Shown here: piece by piece, positions 18,330-28,986 of the stretch
Layout of the letters: every line of letters starts with the position of its first letter
Numbering within the stretch: the first letter of the stretch is position 1
Assembly: GCA_963803805.1 (NCBI GenBank)
Contig: CAWDOD010000002.1
Coordinates: 704,001 to 768,000 of the forward strand
Direction: 5' to 3'
From: an uncultured cyanobacterium
GTDB lineage: Bacteria; Cyanobacteriota; Cyanobacteriia; Cyanobacteriales; CAWCAG01
DNA length: 64,000 nucleotides
Translations under genes and position numbers: made by a program
The notes under the pieces: generated by a model
The model's database searches: none
What the model saw: only the letters and a program-made list of their open reading frames with translations
What the model was told of the DNA's origin: nothing

Positions 18330-20327
18330 TTGCTGGCTCTATTCAAAAAGCTCCAAGAAGCAATAGTCCACTGGTGGTCAGATTTCACCCTTCAAACTCG
18401 CTTAATGGCGGCGGGAACTTTGGTGGTGTCATTAATTATGAGTGGTTTAACCTTTTGGGCTGTTAATACCATTCAGCAGGATGCTCGACTTAATGACACT
18501 CGTTTTGGTCGAGACTTGGGACTTTTGTTAGCTGCCAACGTTACACCTTTAATTGCTGATCATAATTTAACAGAAGTTGCTCGTTTTTCTAGCCGCTTCT
18601 ATAGCAGCACTTCCAGCGTCCGCTACATGATTTACGCTGATCAAGAAGGTAAAATTTTCTTTGGTATTCCTTTTTCTGAATCAGAAGTTAAGAATTCTTT
18701 GGCTATTAAGCGCAGCATCGAACTTCCGGACAATTACGTCAAAGACTCTACCTTACCTATGGTAAGACAACATCTCGTTCCCAATGGAGAAGTTACTGAT
18801 GTTTTTGTTCCTCTTAACCAAGATGGTGAATATTTAGGGGTATTAGGATTAGGAATTAATCCTAATCCTACGGTAGTAGCTTCTTCTAATTTAACTAGGG
18901 ATGTGACTATTGCTGTTTTTATATCTATTTGGGCAATGGTTATTTTAGGAGGAGTGTTTAATGCCCTAAATATTACTAAACCAATTAAAGAATTATTATT
19001 AGGGGTGAAAAATATTGCTGCTGGTAATTTTAAGCAACGAATTGATTTGCCATTAGGAGGAGAGTTAGGCGAGTTAATTTACAGTTTTAATGAAATGGCA
19101 GAAAGATTGGAGAGATACGAAGAGCAGAATATTGAAGAGTTAACAGCAGAAAAAGCCAAACTGGAAACTTTGGTTTCTACAATTGCTGATGGCGCAGTAT
19201 TAATAGATACAGATTTACAGGTTATGTTGGTCAATCCTACTGCCCGAAAAATCTTTGGCTGGGAAGGTAAAGATTTAATTGGTAAAAATGTCCTCAAAAA
19301 TTTGCCGGCCGACGTAACAGTTAAGATTACGGAAACTCTCTATAAACTTGTTGCTAGTGAGCAAATTAACAAACAAGATTCAGAAGCTGAATCCCATTTG
19401 GAAAGAGAAGGAAGTGAGTTTCGGTTAACCTTGAGTGAACCGACTCAACGAACTGTTCGCATTCTTTTAACCAAAGTACTTAATCAATATCGGGAAAGTA
19501 TTAAAGGTATTGCTATGACAGTTCAAGATATTACCCGCGAGGTAGAACTAAATGAAGCTAAAAGCCAATTTATTAGTAATGTTTCCCATGAATTAAGAAC
19601 CCCTTTATTTAATATAAAATCATTTATTGAAACCCTCCACGAATATGGAGACGATTTAACAGAGGTTGAACGCAAAGAGTTTCTGCAAACAGCTAATCAC
19701 GAAACCGATAGATTAACTCGTTTAGTTAATGATGTCTTAGATTTATCTCGCTTGGAGTCTAATAAAGTTTATAACTTAGAACCTGTAAATCTAGCTCAGC
19801 CCATCGAACAAACTTTGCGTACTTGCTATCTTAATGCTAAAGATAAAGGTATTGAATTAAAGCAAGAAATAGAGGATAATTTGCCGGCCGTAGCTGGTAA
19901 TTATGACTTAATTCTTCAGGTTTTAGCTAACTTAGTCGGTAATTCTCTGAAGTTTACAGAATCAGGTGGGAAAGTAGTGGTTCGTGCTTACCAACTAATT
20001 AATAATCTCGACGCTTGTGATTCCATTCCCAAAGTACGAGTGGAAGTTTCTGATACTGGCACAGGTATTGATACTGAAGATCAACAGTTGATTTTTGATC
20101 GCTTTTTTCGAGTTGAAAACCGCGTTCATACTTTAGAAGGCACAGGCTTAGGACTATCAATTGTCAGAAATATCATTGACAAACACCATAGCAAAGTTCA
20201 CTTAGTTAGTGAAGTAGGAGTAGGTACAACTTTCTGGTTTGATTTAGTAGTTTATCAAGCCCATATAGATACCGGAAGTGGAGAGGTAGGGGCAGTAAGG
20301 CTAGTAGAGGGGTCAAGATTGTCTTAG
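18330..20327 (+). CDS. nblS: Sensor histidine kinase NblS/Hik33/DspA
   Basis: WWSDFTLQTRLMAA N-terminus, TM-HAMP-PAS-HisKA (SHELRTPLFNIKSF)-HATPase, FFRVENRVHTLEGTGLGL. Confidence 0.93.
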   Translation: MLALFKKLQEAIVHWWSDFTLQTRLMAAGTLVVSLIMSGLTFWAVNTIQQDARLNDTRFGRDLGLLLAANVTPLIADHNLTEVARFSSRFYSSTSSVRYMIYADQEGKIFFGIPFSESEVKNSLAIKRSIELPDNYVKDSTLPMVRQHLVPNGEVTDVFVPLNQDGEYLGVLGLGINPNPTVVASSNLTRDVTIAVFISIWAMVILGGVFNALNITKPIKELLLGVKNIAAGNFKQRIDLPLGGELGELIYSFNEMAERLERYEEQNIEELTAEKAKLETLVSTIADGAVLIDTDLQVMLVNPTARKIFGWEGKDLIGKNVLKNLPADVTVKITETLYKLVASEQINKQDSEAESHLEREGSEFRLTLSEPTQRTVRILLTKVLNQYRESIKGIAMTVQDITREVELNEAKSQFISNVSHELRTPLFNIKSFIETLHEYGDDLTEVERKEFLQTANHETDRLTRLVNDVLDLSRLESNKVYNLEPVNLAQPIEQTLRTCYLNAKDKGIELKQEIEDNLPAVAGNYDLILQVLANLVGNSLKFTESGGKVVVRAYQLINNLDACDSIPKVRVEVSDTGTGIDTEDQQLIFDRFFRVENRVHTLEGTGLGLSIVRNIIDKHHSKVHLVSEVGVGTTFWFDLVVYQAHIDTGSGEVGAVRLVEGSRLS

Positions 20328-20408
20328 GAAATCCCAATTTCTAATTTACTAGATGGGAGAAGCCTTAGGCCAATAATTTCTAATTTTTAATCAATACTGT
20401 TACCCCCT

Positions 20409-20846
20409 CTAATGATTGTGGCTATAAGCACCAATTTCCGGGTTAAAAGCTGTTACTTCCTCCTGTACATCTAAACCCATTTTTAAGAGCATAGAATAGA
20501 GGACAGAATCAATATTTAAACGTAAATAATCAGTCGTTATTTCTAAAGGAACGTGGCGATTTCCTAAATGATAAGCTGCTTGTAATAAATCGAGATGGTT
20601 TTTGCCTCTAACCGTCATAACTGGTTCCGGTTGTGCCTCAATGCGAACTACTATATCTTCTGTTTCTGAGAGTAATAAGTCTCCGTCTTGCAATACTGTA
20701 CCTCTAGGCAACCTTAAATACAAAGATTGACCATCAGGCAACTCAAAACGATGGCGAGTTCGAGTGCGCTTTTCTGCTGTGAGGAAAAGAGTTATAGCCG
20801 CAGTGATATTTTTGGTAGATGGTAATTTTTGTGTGAGTGTCAGCAT
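20409..20846 (-). CDS. ureE: Urease accessory protein UreE
   Basis: LPRGTVLQDGDLL, AAYHLGNRHVPL, FNPEIGAYSHNH. Confidence 0.93.
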   Translation of the reverse strand: MLTLTQKLPSTKNITAAITLFLTAEKRTRTRHRFELPDGQSLYLRLPRGTVLQDGDLLLSETEDIVVRIEAQPEPVMTVRGKNHLDLLQAAYHLGNRHVPLEITTDYLRLNIDSVLYSMLLKMGLDVQEEVTAFNPEIGAYSHNH

Positions 20847-20950
20847 CGATCATTAATCATTAAATTGTAGAAATAGTAAAATCCCCAGAGATCAATCTCT
20901 AGGGATATATTATCTCGTAAACTCTTTATTATCTCTACCTAATTCTTAAT

Positions 20951-21793
20951 TTAAGCTTGTTGCCACATCTGCTTAATTTTGCCTGGTAAAAAATCACTTA
21001 TTTCTGCTACTCGTTCAGAGGATAATTCATCTTTCGTAGCAGCAAAAACAGCTTTAATTACTTTTTCTCCATTAGTCCCTTTCGGCATTCCACCTTCTTG
21101 TTCAACCCGGAAGATAAAAGTATCTTCATCAATTTTTAAAGGGGGGCGAATTTTGCTTAACCAAGAAACAAGGGGATTCTCATCTTGCCACAACTCAGAA
21201 ATTTCTTTTTGCAAAGTTTTATCTGCTGTGGGTTCTATTTCTTTGTTTAACTCTGAAGCGACTTTTCCGGCTGCTTCTGTAGTCATCATATCCCGCATAG
21301 TACGGTAGACTACAGTAGCCATGTCACGGGCATCGTAAATATCTTCTAATTCCCCTTTGAGCATAATTTTTTCTAAAAAGGGTGTATTTTGAGTTGCCAT
21401 TAGTGTACTAGGTCCTTTTTCTAAAGATTCGGGAGGATTTTGGGACATTTCTTTAAGGATTTTCTGCCCTTTATCCGTTAATTGGGCTTGTTTAAATCTA
21501 ATTAAATGGGGCAAGGGGCCATCTGATGCACCCAAGGTATTAGCGACGCGGAAGTCGATTTCCTCAGAGTCAATCAGATCGGGAACATCTTCTTGGTTTG
21601 CATAGGCGTTACCTTTAAACTCAGCATCGATATATCCTTTTTGATTGAGATAATCGAGATGACCGAGGAAATCAGCTACACTGAGGCGACGACCAGTAAA
21701 ATCTGTAGCTTGAAAGTCAATTTCTTTTCCTTCACTTCCACTGATTTTCTTCAGCAGGATATACATAACATCGTCTTTTAAAGCAATAGGCAT
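20951..21793 (-). CDS. DUF2267-like protein with N-terminal winged-helix-like region
   Basis: C-terminal VYRTMRDMM...VIKAVFAATKDELS...LPGKIKQMW; N-terminal HLDYLNQKGYI...LTDKG. Confidence 0.65.
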   Translation of the reverse strand: MPIALKDDVMYILLKKISGSEGKEIDFQATDFTGRRLSVADFLGHLDYLNQKGYIDAEFKGNAYANQEDVPDLIDSEEIDFRVANTLGASDGPLPHLIRFKQAQLTDKGQKILKEMSQNPPESLEKGPSTLMATQNTPFLEKIMLKGELEDIYDARDMATVVYRTMRDMMTTEAAGKVASELNKEIEPTADKTLQKEISELWQDENPLVSWLSKIRPPLKIDEDTFIFRVEQEGGMPKGTNGEKVIKAVFAATKDELSSERVAEISDFLPGKIKQMWQQA

Positions 21794-21957
21794 AAATTTA
21801 TTATTTGACTATTAATAGCAAAGCGATTCCAGGTTTGTTGTAGGTTTGGCAATATTCGCTTTACATTTATTAATATAAAAACTTTCCCCACCCTTATAAA
21901 TCTACTTTCAGAACAATATTGTTCTATATCTTAAGGTAGGGATTGAGTTGTCACTTG

Positions 21958-22884
21958 TTACTTATTTCTTCTCCGATTACGGGGCATTCCTTGTTTTGCC
22001 CTTGCTTGTTCACTAACTCGCATGGCATTATCATCTGGTTCAATAGTTGAACCAAATCTGCGGGCATAAACTTGAGTGAATTCCGCCCCAAAGAAGAGGA
22101 TTTGTGCTGAATAATAAACCCAAGCCAGAAGCACAATTAAAGAACCTGCTGCGCCGTAAGTAGAACCAAAACTGCCCCTTCCTAAATAGAGTCCGAGGGC
22201 AAATTTACCGATAGTGAAGAGTAAAGAGGTAATAATCGCCCCAGTCCAAACATCACCCCACTTAATTTTTACATCCGGTAAGTATTTATAAATGACTGCA
22301 AATAGTGAGGTGATTACAGCAAAAGAAATGATGAAGTTAAAAATTTGCCAAATAAAGTCGCCACCAGGAAGGATATTACTCAGGTAATGACTCAAAGCAG
22401 ATAAAACAGCACTCACCAACAAAGAAACTAACAACAAAAAGCCAATACCGAAAACAGCAGAAAAGGATAGTAAGCGCTTTTTAATAAAATACTTAACCCC
22501 TCTTCCTGGTTTTGCTTGCACTTCCCAAATTGTATTTAAAGCATCTTGGAGTTGAGCAAAAACACCGGAAGCCCCAAAAAAGAGAACCACAACACTAATC
22601 AAAGAAGCAATACTACTTGTATCAGGTTTATTAGCATTATTAATGGCTGCTTCAATTACTTCTGCCCCTTGATTCCCCACTAAACCTTGAATTTGCCCAA
22701 CTATTTCTCCCCTCGCTGCTTCCTCCCCAAAAATTGCTCCGGCAATCGCAATCGCAATTACCAATAAAGGGGCAAGGGAAAAAACTGTGTAGTAAGCCAA
22801 CGCCGCAGCTAAACGAGATGATTTATCTTCTTGCCATTCCTGGAATGTTTCTTTAAGTAGGGGAAAAATATCCTTAAGTTTCAC
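21958..22884 (-). CDS. YihY/BrkB-family membrane protein
   Basis: AAALAYYTVFSLAPLL, YGAAGSLIVLLAWVYYSAQILFFGAE. Confidence 0.92.
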   Translation of the reverse strand: MKLKDIFPLLKETFQEWQEDKSSRLAAALAYYTVFSLAPLLVIAIAIAGAIFGEEAARGEIVGQIQGLVGNQGAEVIEAAINNANKPDTSSIASLISVVVLFFGASGVFAQLQDALNTIWEVQAKPGRGVKYFIKKRLLSFSAVFGIGFLLLVSLLVSAVLSALSHYLSNILPGGDFIWQIFNFIISFAVITSLFAVIYKYLPDVKIKWGDVWTGAIITSLLFTIGKFALGLYLGRGSFGSTYGAAGSLIVLLAWVYYSAQILFFGAEFTQVYARRFGSTIEPDDNAMRVSEQARAKQGMPRNRRRNK

Positions 22885-23153
22885 TTTGTTGAGGCTCTCA
22901 ATTTTTGGTAAATATCCAGGGCAGAATAGTATTATTACCGCTTAGAGCATTTATTTCATCTTGCTCAAGAAACAAAGTTTAATCTCGGATTTCAGCCAAA
23001 AGAAATATATAGTGGTTCCTAGTCTAATAAAAATTCTCCCTCCTTTCTTTTTGCTTTGTTTGTTTCTTTGATTTAGGAGAAAAGGAAAGGCACTCAATGA
23101 CTTAAACCAGGTTTTACTCCTACGTCTTGCAGTAGATTATCTCAGTGGGGAAG

Positions 23154-23304
23154 GGGAGCATCTCAGTTTTGCAGAAATAGTTTGTCTGTGAAGTTAGCTA
23201 TTAGCTGTTAGCTGTTAGCTTTAAGAATACATTTCTTGCTGCTTCAGTGAAGCTAATATCAAGTTGACGGCTAAAGCCTGTATTTACCAATTTGAGATGC
23301 TCCC
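23154..23304. mobile_element. Putative MITE, 151 bp
   Basis: 12-bp perfect inverted ends GGGAGCATCTCA / TGAGATGCTCCC enclosing TTAGCTG-type heptamer repeats. Confidence 0.6.
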
Positions 23305-23596
23305 GTGGGGAAGCAACTATCCCTCTTCTGTTACTTTCCGAAAACAAGAGTCATTTCTGATTTCTGGGGCTTATATATATTACGCGATCGCCAGCTTTTT
23401 TCTAACTCAAAATTCTTGTGGGCAGCAAAATCACCAAAATCAGATGAGTAAACTCTGTATCCTTTAGTATAGCTCTTGTACAGAAAGTTCAAATAACAGG
23501 AAAAACAGGAATTTGATAGAAGAGGAATATAGTCACTCTTTCAATAGGATTTGAGATTTTTTCCTCAGTTTTATAAGGGCATTTTATAAACCGGAT

Positions 23597-24268
23597 TTGG
23601 TATCAAGCATGAAATTAAGAGCAAAGCATCGTCACTATACCTGGATACAACAGTCTAAGTTATTAGTGATAGTTTTATTTACTATTTATCTACCAGCAAT
23701 TTTTCTAATTATTTACCTTAAGCTGAAAACAGGGGTTTCTATTAATTCTCTCACTTACAATCCTGTTTCTCTCCTGCCCGTCCCCTATTATTACGGTTTC
23801 ATTTCTAAACTTGGTGTGCTTTTTTGGTCTTTAACCACAGGTATTTGTCTGTTTGCTGCTTCGGTTTTAACTCAACCTACAATCAGAAAAACTATTCCCT
23901 ACTTCTTCCTTGCCTCTGGCTTAATAACCTTATTATTGTTAGCCGATGACTTTTTCTTGCTCCATAATATAGCAGTGGCTCTATTAGGTTGGACAACGAA
24001 AAACATATACTTAGGCTACGGTATACTTATTATCACTTATTTATTAGTGTTTAGAAAGTTCTGGTTACAGACTGAATTTTTGCTCTTGATTTGCTCTTTA
24101 ATCTTTTTTGGAACTTCTATTGTTTTTGATTTATTGCAAAACTCTACCCACTTTTATGGTCGTTCTTTTTTAGAAGATGGAGCAAAATTTTTAGGTATTC
24201 TCAGTTGGTTTGTTTATCATGTAAGGGTGTCTTTTCAACAAGTAAAAGCATTTATCATTTATCATTAA
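23597..24268 (+). CDS. Hypothetical multi-pass membrane protein
   Basis: Several hydrophobic segments; LLLADDFFLLH and LEDGAKFLG motifs. Confidence 0.7.
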   Translation: MVSSMKLRAKHRHYTWIQQSKLLVIVLFTIYLPAIFLIIYLKLKTGVSINSLTYNPVSLLPVPYYYGFISKLGVLFWSLTTGICLFAASVLTQPTIRKTIPYFFLASGLITLLLLADDFFLLHNIAVALLGWTTKNIYLGYGILIITYLLVFRKFWLQTEFLLLICSLIFFGTSIVFDLLQNSTHFYGRSFLEDGAKFLGILSWFVYHVRVSFQQVKAFIIYH

Positions 24269-24342
24269 ACATTTACCATTTTGTATAACTATCTTTTGCC
24301 ATAGGCTAAACTGATTACTTATTACTTGTCTAGTTATTTACT

Positions 24343-25005
24343 ATGAGCGTAAACCATCTTACTCAAAAATACTCTTCTGGTAGTTTAATTTCTCCTTGCC
24401 TTCCTTTTGAACAATTGAACCTCAAAAAGCCGGTTAAATTAGGTATTATGGCTTCGGGGAGTGGTAGTAACTTTGCTGCTATTATGGAGGCTATTCAAGG
24501 GGGAAAATTAAACGCTCAAGTACCCGTCTTAATCTATAATAAGCCAGCAGCGAAGGTTGCTATAAGAGCCGCTAACTTTGATATTCCTAGTGTACTCCTC
24601 AACCACAAAAAATATTCTAGTCGTGAAGCTTTAGATCAAGCAATTGTTGAAACGTTTCAGGAATATCAAGTGGAGTGGGTTGTGATGGCAGGTTGGATGC
24701 GGGTGGTTACTCAAGTACTTATAGACGCTTTTCCAGACAAACTTATTAATATTCACCCCAGTTTATTACCCAGTTTCCGTGGCTTAAAAGCAGTGGAACA
24801 AGCAATAGCCGCAAAAGTAAAAGTTGCTGGTTGTACAGTACATTTAGTACGCTTAGAAGTAGATAGTGGGCCGATTTTAATTCAAGCAGCAGTTCCTGTT
24901 TTGCCAGATGATACCCCAGAAACTCTCCACGCCCGTATTCAAATTCAAGAGCATAAAATATTACCCCAAGGGATAGCCTTAGCAGTCAATTCAGAAAGCT
25001 ATTAG
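24343..25005 (+). CDS. purN: Phosphoribosylglycinamide formyltransferase
   Basis: ASGSGSNF, MAGWMRV, INIHPSLLPSFRG, GCTVH..VDSGPI. Confidence 0.95.
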   Translation: MSVNHLTQKYSSGSLISPCLPFEQLNLKKPVKLGIMASGSGSNFAAIMEAIQGGKLNAQVPVLIYNKPAAKVAIRAANFDIPSVLLNHKKYSSREALDQAIVETFQEYQVEWVVMAGWMRVVTQVLIDAFPDKLINIHPSLLPSFRGLKAVEQAIAAKVKVAGCTVHLVRLEVDSGPILIQAAVPVLPDDTPETLHARIQIQEHKILPQGIALAVNSESY

Positions 25006-25019
25006 CTATTTTAGATGAA

Positions 25020-25637
25020 TCAAAAAGATGACTTTCTAATTTGTTTTCGGTAAAGTAATTCAAGACGACCGCCATATTTTTGGATTAACCCTAACTGACG
25101 GCGATATAAACTGCGAAAAAGATTAGCAAACAAGAGGGTAACAATAGCCACTAATAATCCTACAGCAGTAGTAATTAAAGCATCGCTGATCCCCGAACTA
25201 ACCCCTGTAGTATTCGTAGCAGTAATATCGCCAATTTTAAGAGCAGAAAAAGCTTCAATTAAACCTAAAATTGTCCCTAATAAACCTAGCAAGGGGGCAA
25301 CAGCAATTATAGTCTCAAAGACAGTATTAAAGCGCTTCAGCATAGGGAGTTCACTTTGTGCCGCAGTTTCCAAGGCAAGCCTAAATTCTTCTGGTGTCGG
25401 GCTATCTAACTCTAAAGCCCCTAAAAAAATACGTGCTATGGGTAAATAACTGTTTTGCTGAAGTTTCGGTAAGGCAGCTTGAGGATTGTTTTGATAAAGG
25501 TAAAAAAATTCTCCTAAGATACGATTTTGTTTTTGTTGAATCTTTAACCAAAAAATAATCCGCTCCAAAATCAGGGCGATTCCAATTAAAGAAAAGGCAA
25601 TTAAAGGTACGAGGACAAGTCCACCAAGGGATAACAT
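25020..25637 (-). CDS. MotA/TolQ/ExbB proton channel protein
   Basis: APLLGLLGTILGLI, GISDALITTAVGL. Confidence 0.9.
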   Translation of the reverse strand: MLSLGGLVLVPLIAFSLIGIALILERIIFWLKIQQKQNRILGEFFYLYQNNPQAALPKLQQNSYLPIARIFLGALELDSPTPEEFRLALETAAQSELPMLKRFNTVFETIIAVAPLLGLLGTILGLIEAFSALKIGDITATNTTGVSSGISDALITTAVGLLVAIVTLLFANLFRSLYRRQLGLIQKYGGRLELLYRKQIRKSSF

Positions 25638-25689
25638 TCAGTTGTCAATGAGCAGTTATCAATGATTAATGATGATCATTGCTCGGTTG

Positions 25690-25768
25690 TCAATGATGTC
25701 TGGCAGCAGCGACAAGCCGAACAATTATCAACTATCAATTATCAACTATCAATTATCAATTATCAATT
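25690..25768. repeat. Dispersed ~36-bp repeat (reverse copy) followed by TATCAA[CT] heptamer tandem repeats
   Basis: TCAATGATGTCTGGCAGCAGCGACAAGCCGAACAAT, then six TATCAAY units. Confidence 0.75.
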
Positions 25769-25781
25769 AATTGACAAATCC

Positions 25782-26573
25782 CTACCCTGTTTTTGGTATT
25801 CTCTCTATTTGGGCGTAGCCACTAAAAACTAGATTTTGCCCCTGGGTTTCTAGGCGATTTAATCTTAAATTTACTCCATCTAGGTTAAAGCGGTCGAGAT
25901 CCACCATGTTATTTAGAACATCGGCCAAATTATTTGTCAATATTTTGGATATATCCTGTAAATCTTCTGGTACAGCCTCTGTTTCAAATTGAGGATCTTG
26001 AAAAAGAATGCGCCGCCGTTTCGCAATTGCCAAGGTACAGCTTAAACTAACGGGTACTATACGGTTAGGTAAATGAGATTTAGCAAATAGTTTGAGTCTG
26101 TTTTTGGGCAATAACTTTATTTCCACATCGGTAAAGGAAACAGGTTCACCTCCTGATAATTCGGTAAAACTAGGAGAATCTAAATTCTCTAAACGCTTCC
26201 TAACTAAATCGGCGCGGAAAGCCTTGTTGATATCTCCTTGAGTCAATTTAACTGAAGCGATCGCCTGAGTCGGCTGTTTTAAGGAAAGCTGCCCTTTAAG
26301 GACAGAGCCAAAATCAATAGAGACAGCATCGGTTTCAAAGGACATTTCCTCGGTACGGAAGTCCCCACGAATTACCAAACCTCTACCACTCATCTTAAAG
26401 CTGTCGATACTACCCTGTAATAACTTGCTAGAAGGATTACAGCGTACTTCGACATCCACTGATTCACTCTGAGTAAACAGGTGGCGAATTGTGTTGCTAG
26501 CAACGTTATTAAGGATATTTTCTCCCCAATCTGCACTTTTGTTGTTGTTGGAACCAATAAAGCCACCAAGCAT
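25782..26573 (-). CDS. DUF2993/LmeA-like protein
   Basis: DWGENILNNVASNTIRHLF...KLLQGSIDSFKMSGRGLVIR; cyanobacterial conserved pattern. Confidence 0.75.
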   Translation of the reverse strand: MLGGFIGSNNNKSADWGENILNNVASNTIRHLFTQSESVDVEVRCNPSSKLLQGSIDSFKMSGRGLVIRGDFRTEEMSFETDAVSIDFGSVLKGQLSLKQPTQAIASVKLTQGDINKAFRADLVRKRLENLDSPSFTELSGGEPVSFTDVEIKLLPKNRLKLFAKSHLPNRIVPVSLSCTLAIAKRRRILFQDPQFETEAVPEDLQDISKILTNNLADVLNNMVDLDRFNLDGVNLRLNRLETQGQNLVFSGYAQIERIPKTG

Positions 26574-27272
26574 AAGGCTATAAATTTAGCTATTTGTTCT
26601 TGTTCTTTTGTAACAAAATATTAAGGATACAGCAATCCAACCTGTGACAGAGGAGAAGAATAAGAGCAAATATTCTCAGAAGCTTGGTATACAAAATTAG
26701 CAGAAGTTGTCACATAAGTAGTGTATACACGGGTATGGCAGTTTTAAGTTCCCTAAAGTACAGTCTAAACTCTAGTTTTTACCCTTTTGCTAATCTCTAA
26801 TTGTGATGTGAATACTCTGTTTTTTAAATTAAGATATTTTCTTTGAATTTCCAAACCAATGAACAATGTATTTACTAAAAAGTTTAAGAAGATTTGTTAA
26901 AGAAGAATTTTGATTTTTGTAGATAGAAATCCTTAAATTTTGGTAGCAAATTCTGAATTTCTCAGACTTTATAATTACTAGCAATTTTTAAATAGATATC
27001 TTTGAACATGATAAATACTTAGTGATTTATACTTTGCCTTCGCAAATCATCAATCACAAAATCAATTAAATGATTTTACATCAGCAAAATTGGCCTCGAA
27101 TTTTCACTTACTGAGGAATAGATTTTTTTGTTTTAAGAGTAAAAAGCTTTTCCGGAATCGTCTTAATATAGCTGTGGACTAAAGTAAAAGATTAACCTCT
27201 TGCTAGTATTTTGAGGCTTTTTCTATACATCTAACGAATCATAAGATAGCGTTTTTCGGGATAAACAAAGTC

Positions 27273-28412
27273 ATGTCCTTAACTAACTTTGCAATTGTTG
27301 AAACTACCCTCAGAGAAGGAGAACAATTCATAGAAGCTAATTTTTCTTTAAGAGATAAAATAGAAATTGCTATAGCTTTAGATAGCTTTGGTGTGGAATA
27401 TATTGAGTTGACATCTCCCTACGTTTCTCCTCAGTCCCGTAAAGATTGCAAATATATAGCTAAGTTAGGTTTAAAAGCGAAAGTATTAACCCATATTCGC
27501 TGCCACTTGGAAGATGCTAAAGTTGCTTTGGATACAGAAGTTGATGGGATCAATATTTTCATTGGTACTTCTTACTTATTGCGTCAATTTAGTCATGGTA
27601 AAAGTATCCAAAATATTATTGCGATCGCCACAGAAGTAATTGATTTTATTCATAATCAGAGTCCTAAAACAGAGATACGTTTTTCGACAGAAGACTCTTT
27701 CCGAAGCTCTATAAATGATTTACTAGATGTTTATCTTGCTTTGGATAAGTTGGGTATGATTAAACGCTTTGGCATTGCTGATACTGTTGGTGTAGCGACT
27801 CCATACCAAGTATGCCAACTAGTCAAAACTTTGCGTCAGTATTCCTCAACTGATATTGAGTTTCATGGTCATAATGATACAGGTTGTGCTATTGCCAATA
27901 GTTATGCTGCCCTGGAAGCTGGGGCTACTCATATTAATACAACTGTGCTAGGTATTGGTGAGCGCAACGGTATTACCCCTTTAGCAGGGCTTATAGCCTG
28001 CCTCTATGCCCTTGATCCTCAAAGATTGAGACGTAAATATAATTTATCTCAAATTCCTACTTTGCATAAATTCGTAGCTGATAAAATTGGAGTAGAAATT
28101 CCTTTCAACCATTGCATTGTTGGCAAAACAGCTTTTAGTCACAAAGCTGGAGTTCATACTAAAGCAATATTAAATAATCCTCGTACTTATGAAATCCTCG
28201 ATCCTGGAGATTTTGGTTTGCAGCGATCGCTGTTGATTAATCATCCTCTGACAGGAAAACACGCCGTTGCTCAACGTGCTGCTCAATTAGGATTAAAATT
28301 AAACCAAGCACAAATTCAGGCTTTGACTAGTAAAATTAAGAGCCTCACAGATTTGAATCGTCTAACAACTGAAGAGGTGGATAATATCTTAGTTTCTCAA
28401 GACAGTAATTAA
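27273..28412 (+). CDS. Homocitrate synthase, Lys20/LysS type
   Basis: [67 protein letters not shown]. Confidence 0.85.
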   Translation: MSLTNFAIVETTLREGEQFIEANFSLRDKIEIAIALDSFGVEYIELTSPYVSPQSRKDCKYIAKLGLKAKVLTHIRCHLEDAKVALDTEVDGINIFIGTSYLLRQFSHGKSIQNIIAIATEVIDFIHNQSPKTEIRFSTEDSFRSSINDLLDVYLALDKLGMIKRFGIADTVGVATPYQVCQLVKTLRQYSSTDIEFHGHNDTGCAIANSYAALEAGATHINTTVLGIGERNGITPLAGLIACLYALDPQRLRRKYNLSQIPTLHKFVADKIGVEIPFNHCIVGKTAFSHKAGVHTKAILNNPRTYEILDPGDFGLQRSLLINHPLTGKHAVAQRAAQLGLKLNQAQIQALTSKIKSLTDLNRLTTEEVDNILVSQDSN

Positions 28413-28707
28413 GGCTAAGCTGTTACTCATTTAAAAGACATATTGTCAAGTTAACTAAGAATAAACTGTAGTTGTCTATTTACCCATTACCCATTGGTGA
28501 CAAGTTAAGCTGTTATTCTATTGGTCAAATGTTTTTAGCTCTTAGCTTTTTAGCTATCAATCTATCCCCATAGTTTCACCTTACCTTGACTGTCAATCCC
28601 TTTTTTACCAATGGATACAAGCATTTGCTTGACAACGGCTATACTTCCTTAACTTGTTACAAATGCCCATTACCTCCCTCCCATAGGTGAGCTAAATACC
28701 TGACAGC

Positions 28708-28986
28708 TTATCTGGAGGCGCTACCACCCTTAGTAGAATTACTTCCTCTACTTGGCTCCCCATAGGCAGTTAAAGTTTTTTCCTCTAGATTTTCTGCATT
28801 AGAGTCAGGCTGGCTTATAACATTGGGTGAGTCATCTAGTTGAGCAGAATTAGTATTGCTAAAATCAGAGTAATCTACATTCCTACTCAAGGTATATTTA
28901 TTTTGCCTTTCTGCTGCCAAAGCAGTTGTGCTGCTCAAGACAATAATCAGAATAAGTATTAATATTTTCATTTTTTTCTCCTCCAT
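28708..28986 (-). CDS. Small secreted protein / putative peptide precursor
   Basis: Signal peptide MKILILILIIVLSSTTALA-A, polar acidic middle, C-terminal PSRGSNSTKGGSASR; probable start at second Met after GGAGG. Confidence 0.65.
   Translation of the reverse strand: MEEKKMKILILILIIVLSSTTALAAERQNKYTLSRNVDYSDFSNTNSAQLDDSPNVISQPDSNAENLEEKTLTAYGEPSRGSNSTKGGSASR

Noticed and set aside
23264-23467. 67-aa ORF
   Set aside because: TTG start inside a MITE-like element; no recognisable protein features
28708-28986. patX/patS assignment
   Set aside because: Lacks the RG(S/T)GR pentapeptide
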